Below are positions 41,280 through 51,983 of a stretch of DNA of 64,000 bases, in pieces. The stretch comes from Lophium mytilinum. Taxonomy: Eukaryota. Position numbers and translations under genes: made by a program. The stretch lies in assembly GCA_010093605.1 (NCBI GenBank), contig MU004202.1, positions 321,560-385,559 on the forward strand, read 5' to 3'. The first letter of the stretch is position 1. Every line of letters starts with the position of its first letter. The notes under the pieces are model-generated. The model saw nothing but the letters and a program-made list of their open reading frames with translations, had not been told where the DNA came from and did not search any database.

Positions 41280-42393
41280 AAGCTATAGTTTATAGTAAGT
41301 AGCCTAATTACTATATTATTAGCTATATAGTTATTAGCTATAAAGAATTCTAGATTATAAAAGATTCTATACTATTTAAATACCTTTCTAAGAACCTCTA
41401 TATAGTTCTTTCTATTTTTAAAGCTAAATATTTTAGGTAGAGTAAGAAGTAGTATCTATTTATAGCTATATATATTATTAAAGTAGATAACTATAGAATA
41501 TATAGTAATTATTTCTTATAAGGTCTAACTATTAAAGCCTGTATATATATAGCTTATAGATAATTCTATAAGCTTAGTAATCTTCTTATAAGTAGCTCTA
41601 AAGTATACTTAGAGCTAAATATAAGTTATATAATATAATATAGGTACTATATTATTAGCTAGTAGATAGAGAAGCTATAGTAGTTATTATAGCTTAAAGC
41701 TTATACTTAATTACCTTAAAATACCTTTCTTAATAATATACTCTAGATATAGCTTATAGGTAACTTTTAAGTTATATTTATTTACTATAGAAGCGTATAT
41801 AGATATATAAGAAGTAGCGCCTATAGAGGTAATAGCTAGGTTCTTAAAATTAAAGAGAATACTATTCTATCTAATATTATAAAATTTAGTAAGATAGGCG
41901 GCTTAATATATAGTAGAAGACGCGGTAAAAATATAGTTATAATAAGCCTTACTCTTAAGACCTATATATATATTAGAAGCTAAAATAGCTATATAAATTA
42001 AGTAGGGGTCCCTATACTTATTATAAGCCTAGTAAGTATAGCTATTACTATTCTTTATAGCGTATCTAAAGAACTATATATATAAGTATTAATTTTAATA
42101 GTAATAAAGCTAAGAAAGTATATATCTAGTAGAAAGGTTCTTTCTCTAGATAGATCTTATATAGAGAGAAAGCTAAGGTTTAGAACCTCTATAGCCCTCT
42201 TTATAGAAGTTACTATAGTTCTTCTAAGATAGAAAGAGGTCTCTTACTATATAAACTAGAGTAATAGAAGGCTTCTTAGTAGTAGAAATTACCTTAGAAT
42301 TAAAAGACTTTAAAAGATAAGTTTCTAGAGACTCTATAGATAAAAAGAAGAATATATAACCTAGAGAGAGTAGTATAGAAGAGCTAGAAGCTA
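41280..42393 (-). pseudogene. hAT transposase relic, N-terminal half (BED-like zinc finger and first two catalytic Asp)
   Basis: De-RIPped minus-strand reading gives YWACNEC...AAHLAKFHNI (~41875-42035), GFDGWTS (~41520-41539) and FFMADNHAAND (~41315-41347). Probable start near 42393 and a short intron near 42080-42125 are approximate. Confidence 0.82.
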
Positions 42394-45300
42394 TACTAAG
42401 AAATAATATAGTTAAAAAGCTTAGCTATAAGAGCTAGAGGTTAATATTTTTCTTACCTCTATCTAAGAAAAATAATAAGCTACTTCTACCTTAATAGTAG
42501 TATTCTAGGCCTCTACTATATAAATAATAGCTAGAGAATAGAGTTAGAGCTCTATTACTTTATATAAAGTATAAGTTAATAGATATAATAAAGACTAGTA
42601 AGTATTAGAACTATTAGAGTTAAAAAAGATAGTAGTTTAAATCTTCTAATATTCTTAAAATAAGAGATTTAATAATATATTTATAGAAAAAACACGTATT
42701 ATAGTATTATAAACGCGTTATATTATATATTATAACTATAAAAAGTCTAAATATACTCTAAAGTAGCTAAAAAGATTTCTATAGACTTATATATTATATT
42801 TATATACTTTATAGATAGATAATTAGACTATTATAAGTTATAAAGGTAGTAGTATTAATAAGAAGTATATTATCTAGTTTATTATTACTTAGATCTCTAT
42901 ACTAAGGCTATTACCGCGCTCTACTAAGCTAATAGAATTATATTATTTTACCGCTCTAATATTCTACTAGCGGAGGTGGAAGAATATATATTACTAGCCT
43001 TATTAACTATAGCTCTAGCCCCTTCTCTAGTATAATACTATAATAAGTTAAGTTTAAATAAATACTATAAATTAATTTCTATAGGTTAAATTATATTTAC
43101 TATATATTACTAGGTCTTCTAGGCCTTAAAAATGCGCCCCTCTTTAGTACTCTATATAATATTTCTATAGGTAATTCTAAGGCCCCTCTTACCTAGAACC
43201 TTACTACTATAGGTACTTTTATATTACCTACTAATATAGAGTACTCTAGAGTATTATCTATAAGTATAGTAAGTATATATAATAATAATTTACCTATAAA
43301 AATCTATTAAAATTAGTAAGAATCTTCTCTATATATATCTATATTTAGCCTTTCTATTTTACTTTATTCTTTCTATTTTATATAGCTAATTAGATTAATA
43401 AAACTACTTTATACTTAGGCCTTAATTAGCTATAGTAATAGTAGTAGTATAGTAAGTATATATATAAAAATAGAAAGGCTATATATAGCCTACTAGTAAA
43501 ATACTAGCTATAAGCTAAGCCTAATTTAGGGGCTATTACTAACTGCCTAATTTAGTTAGAGTCTTTTAGCGAGCTAATTAGATTATAAGAAAACTTAATA
43601 CTACCCTACTTTTTAGTTTCCTAATTAAAATCTATTACTACTAAGTATTCTTACCTACTATTTTTATACTTTTATTTAAAAATTTATAACTTTATTAATT
43701 TCTATACTAAATTACACTAGATTCTAGCTTAATAATTCTTAGACTTAGCGCTATTCTTTACTAAAAAGTAAGAAGTAAAAAGAAAGTAACCTTATTAGAA
43801 ATTAAATCTATAAAAGAAGACCTTAGATATAAGAGGTATAATTCTTCTAGCTAGCTTATACTTAGGTAAAGGCGCTTTATCTTATACTAAGATAAAGGCG
43901 CTTTAACTACTACTAAGTTAACTAGTTCTATATTTACTATTATAAGGTCTTATATTAAAGAATAGCTAAAAATATTTAATATATATACTCTAATATAAAT
44001 AGCTAATTAAAATAATTAAATTAATCTATAATTAAGATTTAATTAGCTATAGAATTAATCTAATTAGACTAACTATAAGTAATATTAATAAACCGGCTAT
44101 TAATCTAATTAAGAATTAGCCGGTTTACTAACTATGCTAGTATAGCTAGTAAGCTAGAAAGCTAGTAAGCTAGCGGCCCCCCTACTGCGCAGGGGGGCTA
44201 GAAAGGCCCGAGTAAGAGGGAGGCTAAGATTTAACAAGACTAAGAAGACAAGGTAAATAATAAGCTAGTAGCTAAGGTTACCTTTTAGCGTTTATAGTAT
44301 ATAATCTAGTCTACTAGTATAGATTTTTAAGATAGTAATATAGTATACGCGCCGCATAATATAATAAGCTGTGCAGAATATAATATACGCAGGCGTAATA
44401 CAATAATAGCTTGCACGTGACTGTACGAGACCCACTGTACGAAGCCAACTGTACGAGAAATCTGTACGGTCCGGAGCCACCCCGCCGCGTCGTCCTCTTG
44501 GAAGGCGCTGAGATGGCCAGATGCCGGTGCGAGAGGGACAACCAAGTTGTGTTCTTTACACAGCTGTACAAGCTGTATATTGCGGTCGGTCGATTCCCCC
44601 AGCCTCCAGGCTTGTAATCTTTCTAAGTGCGACCTGAATTCTCGATATTCGGTTAATATTCGGGTGCATGCACTTGATGTACGGGTCTACTATTGCAGCT
44701 CTTTCCTACCATAAGCGTAGTGAACTTTAGACCTTTACAGCCTTTCTTACGCCTACTCTAGATGGGCTAGCTACACTTCTAAATATGTAGAATCGGCATT
44801 CGCTGTCCTCCAGGTTCTTACATCACGTGATCAGAAATATAACGCAGATTCCGACTAAATATAGAATGTTCTCTTCTATCCTGTTATCCATTTGTCTTGT
44901 ATTATAATGTCCAGAATACAAGAAACTAACTCCAACCCCTGGACTACAACACTGAAGCTATCTAATCCGTACCAGATCCGGAATCTATGCTAGCAACGCC
45001 CCCCCTTTTGGGTCATTCAGGCTCCTAGGCTCCAGCTAGCTTCTAGCTGCGCGCTTCCGGGTCGTCGGCCACACGCAGTCCATCCGATACGAGCGTCTCA
45101 GGCCCCAAGAGCCGTCGAGGATTTCAGCCTTGCTGAGGAATCTGTCATGTCTAGGCTCGAGCAGGTACCCTTCGGAAAAACTATCTGAGAGGGGAAGCTG
45201 GTGCTGCTAGAGCCTGTAGAGTAGGTTTATAGAAACGACTCCAATGATACATTATTAAAATAACAGAATACATGGCTGACCCAGATAATGACCTTAGCAA

Positions 45301-45458
45301 TTTCAAGGCAAGGATAATCGTCCACCGGGCGCGACGTGGATTAGATCGAGGATTCATCGGAATCGTTGGAGCAAAAGGTACCTTCAATTGCTACGAAGGA
45401 TGACTAGCTACTTTGTGGCAATAATTTCTATCATCTGGCAACTTTCCCACGCGTACAT

Positions 45459-47291
45459 CTACCATATTTCAAGTTCAGTGCGACGGCCCGGACCAGGCGC
45501 CATACGAGATCCACAACTCATACACAAGTCGCCGGAGAAACTATGCACCCAACATTTTCCCGGTACTAGGACATAATGTTGACCAATAGGACGTAATGTG
45601 TGAGGAACTTTAGCTCCTTCGAGAAGCCAGATCTCATCTGGATATTCGGACGGCAAGAGGACGAATGAATTGGTGTTCCAGAAGACTGAAAAATAAGGAC
45701 CTGATGAATAACAGTTCTGACAAGGCATACCATACTCATTCCATTTGAACCTCAAACGGTTGGGCGGATCGTCCTGGGAAATGAGAGCGGTCATTCGTTG
45801 GAATGGATTGAAAAAAGAGGTCGAAGTGCTTCTTGAGAAAGCACCCATAGGATTAGGAGGGCGGCTTCTATTCCAAAGCACAGCAGGTGTTTCCTTTGGC
45901 TTTGGGGGCTTACGGGGATCGTAAAGTCGTCGCCCAAAGACTTTCAATTTTGGGCCCAACGATGGATTCCCCACTTTCCAGAGGTGGTCTCCACGAAGTA
46001 CCAACGATGGATTCGCCACTTTCCAGAGGTTGTCTCCACGAAGCACGCTTGGGGCGGTATACTGCTTCCTTACATTACAGGTTCCATTTTCCGTGGCATT
46101 GCTTACGAATCTTCCATTTAACTGCGACGAAAAGTCTGGGACCGTCCAGTCTGGCACCCAAGACGGTAAGGGGAATTTGCGAATGTCATTGCCGGTCACA
46201 TGCGCCAATATGTCCAGAGATTTTGAGCTTTCCACGATCTGGCAGGCAACTTCACTGAACACCCAAGAGACACCTTTGGAATAGTCGGCTCGTAGAGAGA
46301 TTCCCGACTGCTCATCTATAAGACCGAGCAAGGCGAAAACTTTGTCCCTTGGATCCGAAGCGGCGCAGTTTCGTCCAGCGACTAGGCAACTCAGAAAATC
46401 GTATGTCTTAGCTTGAATATTTGCGGATAACCTCAAGATCCCTGGTATTTTTGGATCAGTCAGGTTTATCGGTAGTTCAAGGTTTTGAAAGTTATCAATG
46501 GTGAACAGATCCCAATCGATGCACCTTGACCCGCACACGACAGTGGCGCGTTTTGCTAACGCTACTTCTTGGAGGGTCCATGTCCTGTGGAACCACCTTC
46601 GTTCAAAAAACTGCTGGACTGCAGCCGCCGATGGAATTTGAGCTCCTGGTTTTGGAAGCACTTCTACGGATCTGCCGCTGCGAACAACAAGACAATGGCT
46701 CAGGTACTCGAGAAGCTCGAAACCATCGCCAGACGGCCCTCCTACATATACTAGCACCTGAATGGCATTTGCGTATATGTTTTTCATGAGCCAAACTTGA
46801 TGGTTGCGTTCTGAGACATTGTCTTGATTGATGCATACAGAATCGATCCACACTACTCGTTTGCCATCTTGTAGGCGTACTTGGCGGAGCGCTGCATCAC
46901 AGTTCTCTGTCACATTAAGAACTTGTCGGCTCCTCGAGTCGATAAGTTTACTATCAAACGACACCTCTAGGTCGGAATTTGCCCATGTGTAAGATATTGC
47001 CTCGTATTCTGGGTGATCAAGGAGATTCGCATGGACGAGGTCGCAGACAATAGGGTCCGAAGGTTGACCGGAGTGAAGAACAAGCAATCTGATCTCTTGT
47101 CCAAGCTCGAAGTTCAGGGGCCTGTAAGAATATCGCGAGCCTGGTTTAGGAGTGCTGTCGGTATCTGTGCGCGTATCGATATGGACTCTGTTATCGTGGA
47201 GCAGGGCAAAGCCACAAGATAGACAGGAACGATAGTCTATCCCGACGTATATGTCTCGGTGTAAGCAAGGCTGAGAGCTTGAACTAGCCAT
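45459..47291 (-). CDS. HET (heterokaryon incompatibility) domain protein
   Basis: Single long ORF with EIRLLVL, YEAISYTW, WIDSVCINQDNVSERNHQV.LMKNIYANA, WFHRTWTLQE and ASDPRDKVFALLG...PSWVPDW. First ATG at 47291 (the ORF track starts at a non-ATG codon, 47423). Confidence 0.92.
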   Translation of the reverse strand: MASSSSQPCLHRDIYVGIDYRSCLSCGFALLHDNRVHIDTRTDTDSTPKPGSRYSYRPLNFELGQEIRLLVLHSGQPSDPIVCDLVHANLLDHPEYEAISYTWANSDLEVSFDSKLIDSRSRQVLNVTENCDAALRQVRLQDGKRVVWIDSVCINQDNVSERNHQVWLMKNIYANAIQVLVYVGGPSGDGFELLEYLSHCLVVRSGRSVEVLPKPGAQIPSAAAVQQFFERRWFHRTWTLQEVALAKRATVVCGSRCIDWDLFTIDNFQNLELPINLTDPKIPGILRLSANIQAKTYDFLSCLVAGRNCAASDPRDKVFALLGLIDEQSGISLRADYSKGVSWVFSEVACQIVESSKSLDILAHVTGNDIRKFPLPSWVPDWTVPDFSSQLNGRFVSNATENGTCNVRKQYTAPSVLRGDNLWKVANPSLVLRGDHLWKVGNPSLGPKLKVFGRRLYDPRKPPKPKETPAVLWNRSRPPNPMGAFSRSTSTSFFNPFQRMTALISQDDPPNRLRFKWNEYGMPCQNCYSSGPYFSVFWNTNSFVLLPSEYPDEIWLLEGAKVPHTLRPIGQHYVLVPGKCWVHSFSGDLCMSCGSRMAPGPGRRTELEIW

Positions 47292-48391
47292 CGTGACAAA
47301 AACTCGTTCGAAATGCGACGAACGACGAGATGAGGAAATTGGTGTCAGGTTGGAAAGGAAGTTGGTTCCAGAGCCGCGGGGACGTAGATATGAAGCGGCT
47401 GAGCGTGCAAAGGGAAAAGCCAACCGCCCAAGGCTGACAGAAAGGCAGAGAGGCAGAGAGGCAGCTTAGCCTTGCACGTGACAATCGTCTCAACCACGTA
47501 CAGCCCTTATGTGTTCATCGTGCAGGTGGCTGAGCCTGCATGAGTAAATTACGACACTTGGAATTGATAAGAGCGGCTAATTGGACACAGGGGCCAAACG
47601 CCTTCGTTACACAACATCTCTGAGACACACCAACCACAGGATGCGAGAAGGAGCGGTAAGTGTCGATGTACTTGGGCCATCAGCCTCACCCAAGACGAAT
47701 TAGAGTAGGGTTTTGGACCCGAGCCGGTAAATCAGGGCGATAGGGAGCAAAACCCACGAGGAGATGGTGTTGCCCGGCATGATAGCGATGCGAGCGCGCG
47801 GTGTTCGAGTGATGTACGCCTGTGGAGGATGGCAGCGCCCGTCGCGCGGAATTCTATTTACTCGGTTGATCTTCGGGTGTCGTGCACGTGATAAACGGGC
47901 CCACTGTAGCAAACCCTTCCTATGATAGATCTAGTAAGTATTAAGTATGCATGGGCTTTTCATACCCGTATATAGTATATAAGTAACATATATTGTCTTT
48001 CAAAGTCTTACATCACGTGCTTAGAAATATTTCAAGCGCTTCGCTGGGCAACCGGGGCGCGGTAGCTAGAGCTAGGATTGATTTCGAATGGGAAGAATTC
48101 TCGGGATAGGGTGCAGAGCATGTAAAAAGAAGAACAAACGCGACAGGGATAGATGTGGGTGGGAGGTGGAGGACGGCGGAGGGAGAGAGGGACCAGGGGG
48201 GTTGTCGGGCAGGCGTGATGAACAGATGGGATGGGAGAAGTTGAAGACGCCATGTCGGAAGAGAGAGGAGATATTCGGTGTATCATCATCACTCAAGGAC
48301 GCCTGCGACACGAGTTTTCAACGCCAACATAATCTCATTATCTTCATATCAATTCCGGCAACGTATATACACTTTCCAAGTCGCCTCCGCA

Positions 48392-50010
48392 TCATGAAGA
48401 ATAAATCACATTCTTCCCACAGTACCCGTTACTCGCGTAAATGCCCTGGTCACCACTCCCCCCCAATTCCAACTCATACGCTTCCTGCGACTGCGAACAG
48501 CCCGATCCCTCCATCAACAAGTAACAGGCCCCTGGCGCCCCATAAGTCCCTCCACAGCCGGACGTGGTAATGCACGCAACACAGCAATCATACCCGGACC
48601 CCGCGCCCGTGGACGAGAAGTAGTTCGGGTTGTTGTAATAGGCCTGTACAATGCCCTGGCCGTTGACGGTGGAGATAACGTTGTTAGGGGCGCAGGCGGC
48701 GTAGTAGGTCGAGGTGGGGGCGACGGCTCCGACGGTGTTGGTCACGGTTGCGACGGTGACGGTGGCGGTGTCGGATTCCGTGAAAGTGAGGGTGTCCGTT
48801 TCAGTGAAGGACAGCGCTTGGGTACTCCGTTAGCATTTGCTTGAGAAGATAGATGAGAGGAATCCTTACTTGTGCTTGCGTCAATGGGCGTGATGGTGCT
48901 GGTTGAGGTTTCGGTGATGGTAGTCGAGGTTGCTGTCGAGAGTTAGAATGTGTCTAGTGATTCTGACTAGATAGATACATACTGCTCGTAGGAGTGGGCG
49001 CGGTATTCGTATCTACGAGAACGTCAGCAAACTATTCGGCAGTGTTTACTAGGCAGAGCGCGTACGGGTCTTCTTAGCTGTAACGGTGAGAGTCTTGGTG
49101 GAGTACACTTTCACAACGCCAGCGCAAGTGACGGCTTGGGGGTATACGGCAGGCGAGCATGCGATTTTGCCGTTTTTGAGAGAGAGCTTGAACTTTGTCC
49201 CTGTTGCGGCCCTCTCGTCGATCTCCGGGACTAGCGCATCGGCAGGTTTGCCTGCACTTCGGCGCTTCTTGGATGAGTTGGCAATGTTAGACGAGATGGG
49301 GGTAAAGCCTGCACTGGCTGGGATGGTTGTGGAAGGAGTGCTTGTGCTGTAATACGACAGTCAGCATATTGTGCAAAGTATAAGGCAGGAATGAGAGAGG
49401 GCGATAAGCAGTGTAAAGGGAAGAAATGGGAGAATGAAAAAAAGTCTCACCTAGTATAGGTATCCGTCTCAGTCACACCTGCAATTAATCGTACGAGTTA
49501 ACAAGGGTACAAAATAGGAAAGCCAACACCACGAGGCTACGTGTGCACGGGGACTTTGCTTACTGTCGGTCTCTGTTTCAGTAATGGTGACGCCTATTAT
49601 GGATTAGCATGACTATTAAGAACCAATGGTGAGGCGGGGCAAAACTTACTCTCCAAAACCGTTGAGGTGGACGAGAACGTGTCCGTAACCTGATCCACTT
49701 TTGTGCTATTAGCCGGTATCCGATGATCCTGAACGAGCATGCACTTACATGTGGTGTAGACGGTCGACGTTGAAGTGAAGCTGAGGGTCGTGGTCGTCAC
49801 CGGCGGGGTAGTCGTAGCCTGCGGCGTAAGAGTGGTAATCTTGAACCAGTAGAGAGGCACAGTCAAGGCATAAGATGCCGTCTTGACGGGAGCGACGGAT
49901 TTTGGCCCATATTTGGTACTGCACTTCACCGAAGAAACGGTCGAACCGGCTGCTGTAAGGTCTATGGAGAGCAGCAGTGCAGAGAGCGTCGGGAGAGAGC
50001 GGATATGCAT
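48392..50010 (-). CDS. Secreted Thr-rich protein with C-terminal Cys-rich (PAN/apple-like) module; at least six short introns
   Basis: Signal peptide MHIRSLPTLSALLLSIDLTAA. GT donors at ~49748, 49648, 49563, 49450, 49065, 48983, 48869. Last exon STYYAACAPNN...GYDCCVACITTSGC...CYLL...SNGYCG. Exact exon joins not all verified. Confidence 0.8.
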
Positions 50011-51983
50011 TGTGAAGAACTGATTTGAATTCTGTCTGCAGCGAAGGAGGAAAAGGAGTTCGTGATGTGTAGAAAGAAGATCGCCAGGAGAAAGCGGTTC
50101 TTATGTGTGGTCATCTATGTCTTTGCTTGATTCTAGCCCGCGGATCATTCGATCCAGAGTCGTCGCTGTCGAGACCGGAGCGTACGAGAAGATCTGGACC
50201 AAGGTGTCTTCAGCCAGCCACATGATTCATTAGGTGTGAGTAGGTCTGCTTAGACCTCTAGGCGTGGGTAGGGCTATATCAAAACTAGCCATAGCCCGGC
50301 CATTCAAAAAGATCCACGGCGTCTCCGAGGATTTGGGTTGGAAATCCTTTGACCTTGCTCAAGCGAGCGACCTGGGTTCTGTATTGATTTTCCGCGTGCT
50401 GGGCGGGCAAGCGTAGTAAATCTCCAGGGAAGAGGCAACCGAGCAAGGAGTATGTTCTACTTTTGGAAGATTTTCTGCAGGTAGAGACTAGGCGTGGTCC
50501 GAATGCGGGTTGGTTTTGAGGCTGATCTGCGCATAAGCTCTGAGTCGGGACTAGTATCAGCACTATACAAGGTGTGACAACGCAATGCAGGGCTGGTACC
50601 CAGCGCCGAGACGTGGCCATGCAGGCATTACTTTAGAGAAGCCTCACCCTTGTAGGCGCCAAAGAAAACCATGTCTCATTTTGTCTCTAGTCTTCCCCAC
50701 AAAATACGTCTGCGGCTGAAGAATGTCGAAGTGGTTAGTACGATTCAAGTAAACCCCTGTCGATCTCGTCGCGCGGAACGGCATCTTCCATTTCAGGCTT
50801 TCAGAAGCGCCGGCTCCACTGCGCCGGCCCGTAGAACAGTCTTGCACTCGACACGTCAGGTGTCGCCGCTAGATGCGCAGAAGGGGTCCAGAACCCGGGT
50901 AGCAGATATCCGGGGTAAACGTGCATGGATGTTTCGCCGGGAGATGGGCCTTTCAAAGTCTTCCGTATGCACTTGGAAAGGTTTCAAGGAATGAGAAGAC
51001 TTCCTGTAACTGTGATCTTCAATATTGGGCATGAATGCCTGAGTCACTACATTTTGAGGCGCGACTATCAAATGAGGATGGTTGAAAGTCGAGCCATGAC
51101 ATAAGAGGGGTGGACGTGCTTTTAGGACCCTAGGTGCACGTACGCAGTCGGGAAAACGAAATACTTGCAAAAGACGAGAATGTAAACCGAAATGACGACG
51201 CTGTGAATGTGGTTGAGTACTTGTTGGGCGATTCAGGATAGTGTCCTAGAACGCTCGAAATGCCACTTTCGTGGACAGAAGTCGCTGCTTTTATCTAGTA
51301 GTCGCAAGAGTCATTTCAGTCTACTTACATTTCATCGTCGCAGGTAATTTACATTTCGAGATGTAGAGCTTTCTGTTCGAAGGGAATGTCTGTGAGGTGG
51401 CGACGGCGAGGTACAGTAGATGTCGTCTGCGGAGGACGCGTATCCCATCCGCTCCTGAATTAAGACCGTCGTCGCGCGAGATGCATCGACTATTTGGTGT
51501 AGCAGTAGCAAGCAGTACGTTCTTCGGCCTTCGGGTTCAGGGACATATCGGGGGGAGAGTAGACGTGTATTTACAGTGAATGCGTTGAGCGATGCGAAGG
51601 GCTCGTGGTTTAGACGATGTGACGGGATAATTTTCCTTCAACCCCGCGCCATCCCCGAAGTGGTAAAGGCAAACCCCATCTATGTCTAATCCTCTGAAAC
51701 TGCTCACGATCTTTACGGGCAAGCTATTGTTTACACGTGAAACTTGCGTTGTTTTAGATTACGATGAATCTTTCTAAGGTATGTAATGTTAAAAAAGACC
51801 CACTTCATGATGATAGACTTGCGCCACTCTCTTCGCTAAATAGAGACTCGTGGCCTAAATTCGCACCCCACACGCCTAAATTTATGCCACAATGCTCCTA
51901 TTTCCGTTTCAAACAAACTATTCCAATCAAAGAAAATGAGTGGAAACCAACAGACATGCATATGCTCGAAGACAGGAGCAATT

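Larger units (their letters stand above)
6678..44139 (-). mobile_element. Level 3: hAT DNA transposon, about 5.1 kb of own sequence, RIP-inactivated
   Basis: Short TIRs TAGTATAGTTA (6678) / TAACTATGCTA (ending 44139). 8-bp TSD GCACGGCT (6670-6677) vs GTATAGCT (44140-44147), differing only by C>T/G>A changes. AATTAGATTAAT-like subterminal motifs at both ends. hAT transposase motifs on the minus strand. Confidence 0.9.
5971..44212. mobile_element. Level 2: Tc1/mariner-like MITE or deletion derivative, about 772 bp of own sequence (5971-6677 + 44148-44212), TA TSD
   Basis: About 70-bp TIR CTCGGGCCTTTCCAGCCCCCCTGCGCAGCAGGGGGGCCGCCAGCTCACC... and a RIP-mutated inverted copy ending 44212. TA at 5969-5970 and 44213-44214. 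Confidence 0.8.
5665..44483. mobile_element. Outermost element: Mutator(MULE)-like non-autonomous TIR element, 575 bp of own sequence (5665-5970 + 44215-44483), enclosing the whole nest
   Basis: TIR GGGGTGGCTCCGGACCGTACAGATTTCTCGTACAGT at 5665 and its reverse complement ending 44483. Direct repeat GCCGCGTCGTC at 5654-5664 and 44484-44494 (11-bp TSD, or 9 bp if the TIR starts with C). Superfamily inferred from TSD length only. Confidence 0.85.

Noticed and set aside
5969..44214. TA-flanked TIRs as the ends of the hAT element
   Set aside because: No 8-bp TSD there; the true hAT ends (6678/44139) carry their own TIRs and 8-bp TSD.
5665..44483. Starship or other giant cargo-carrying transposon
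   Set aside because: No tyrosine-recombinase captain recognised and no host-gene cargo established; the size is fully explained by nested insertions, and the NLR/HET genes lie outside the termini.
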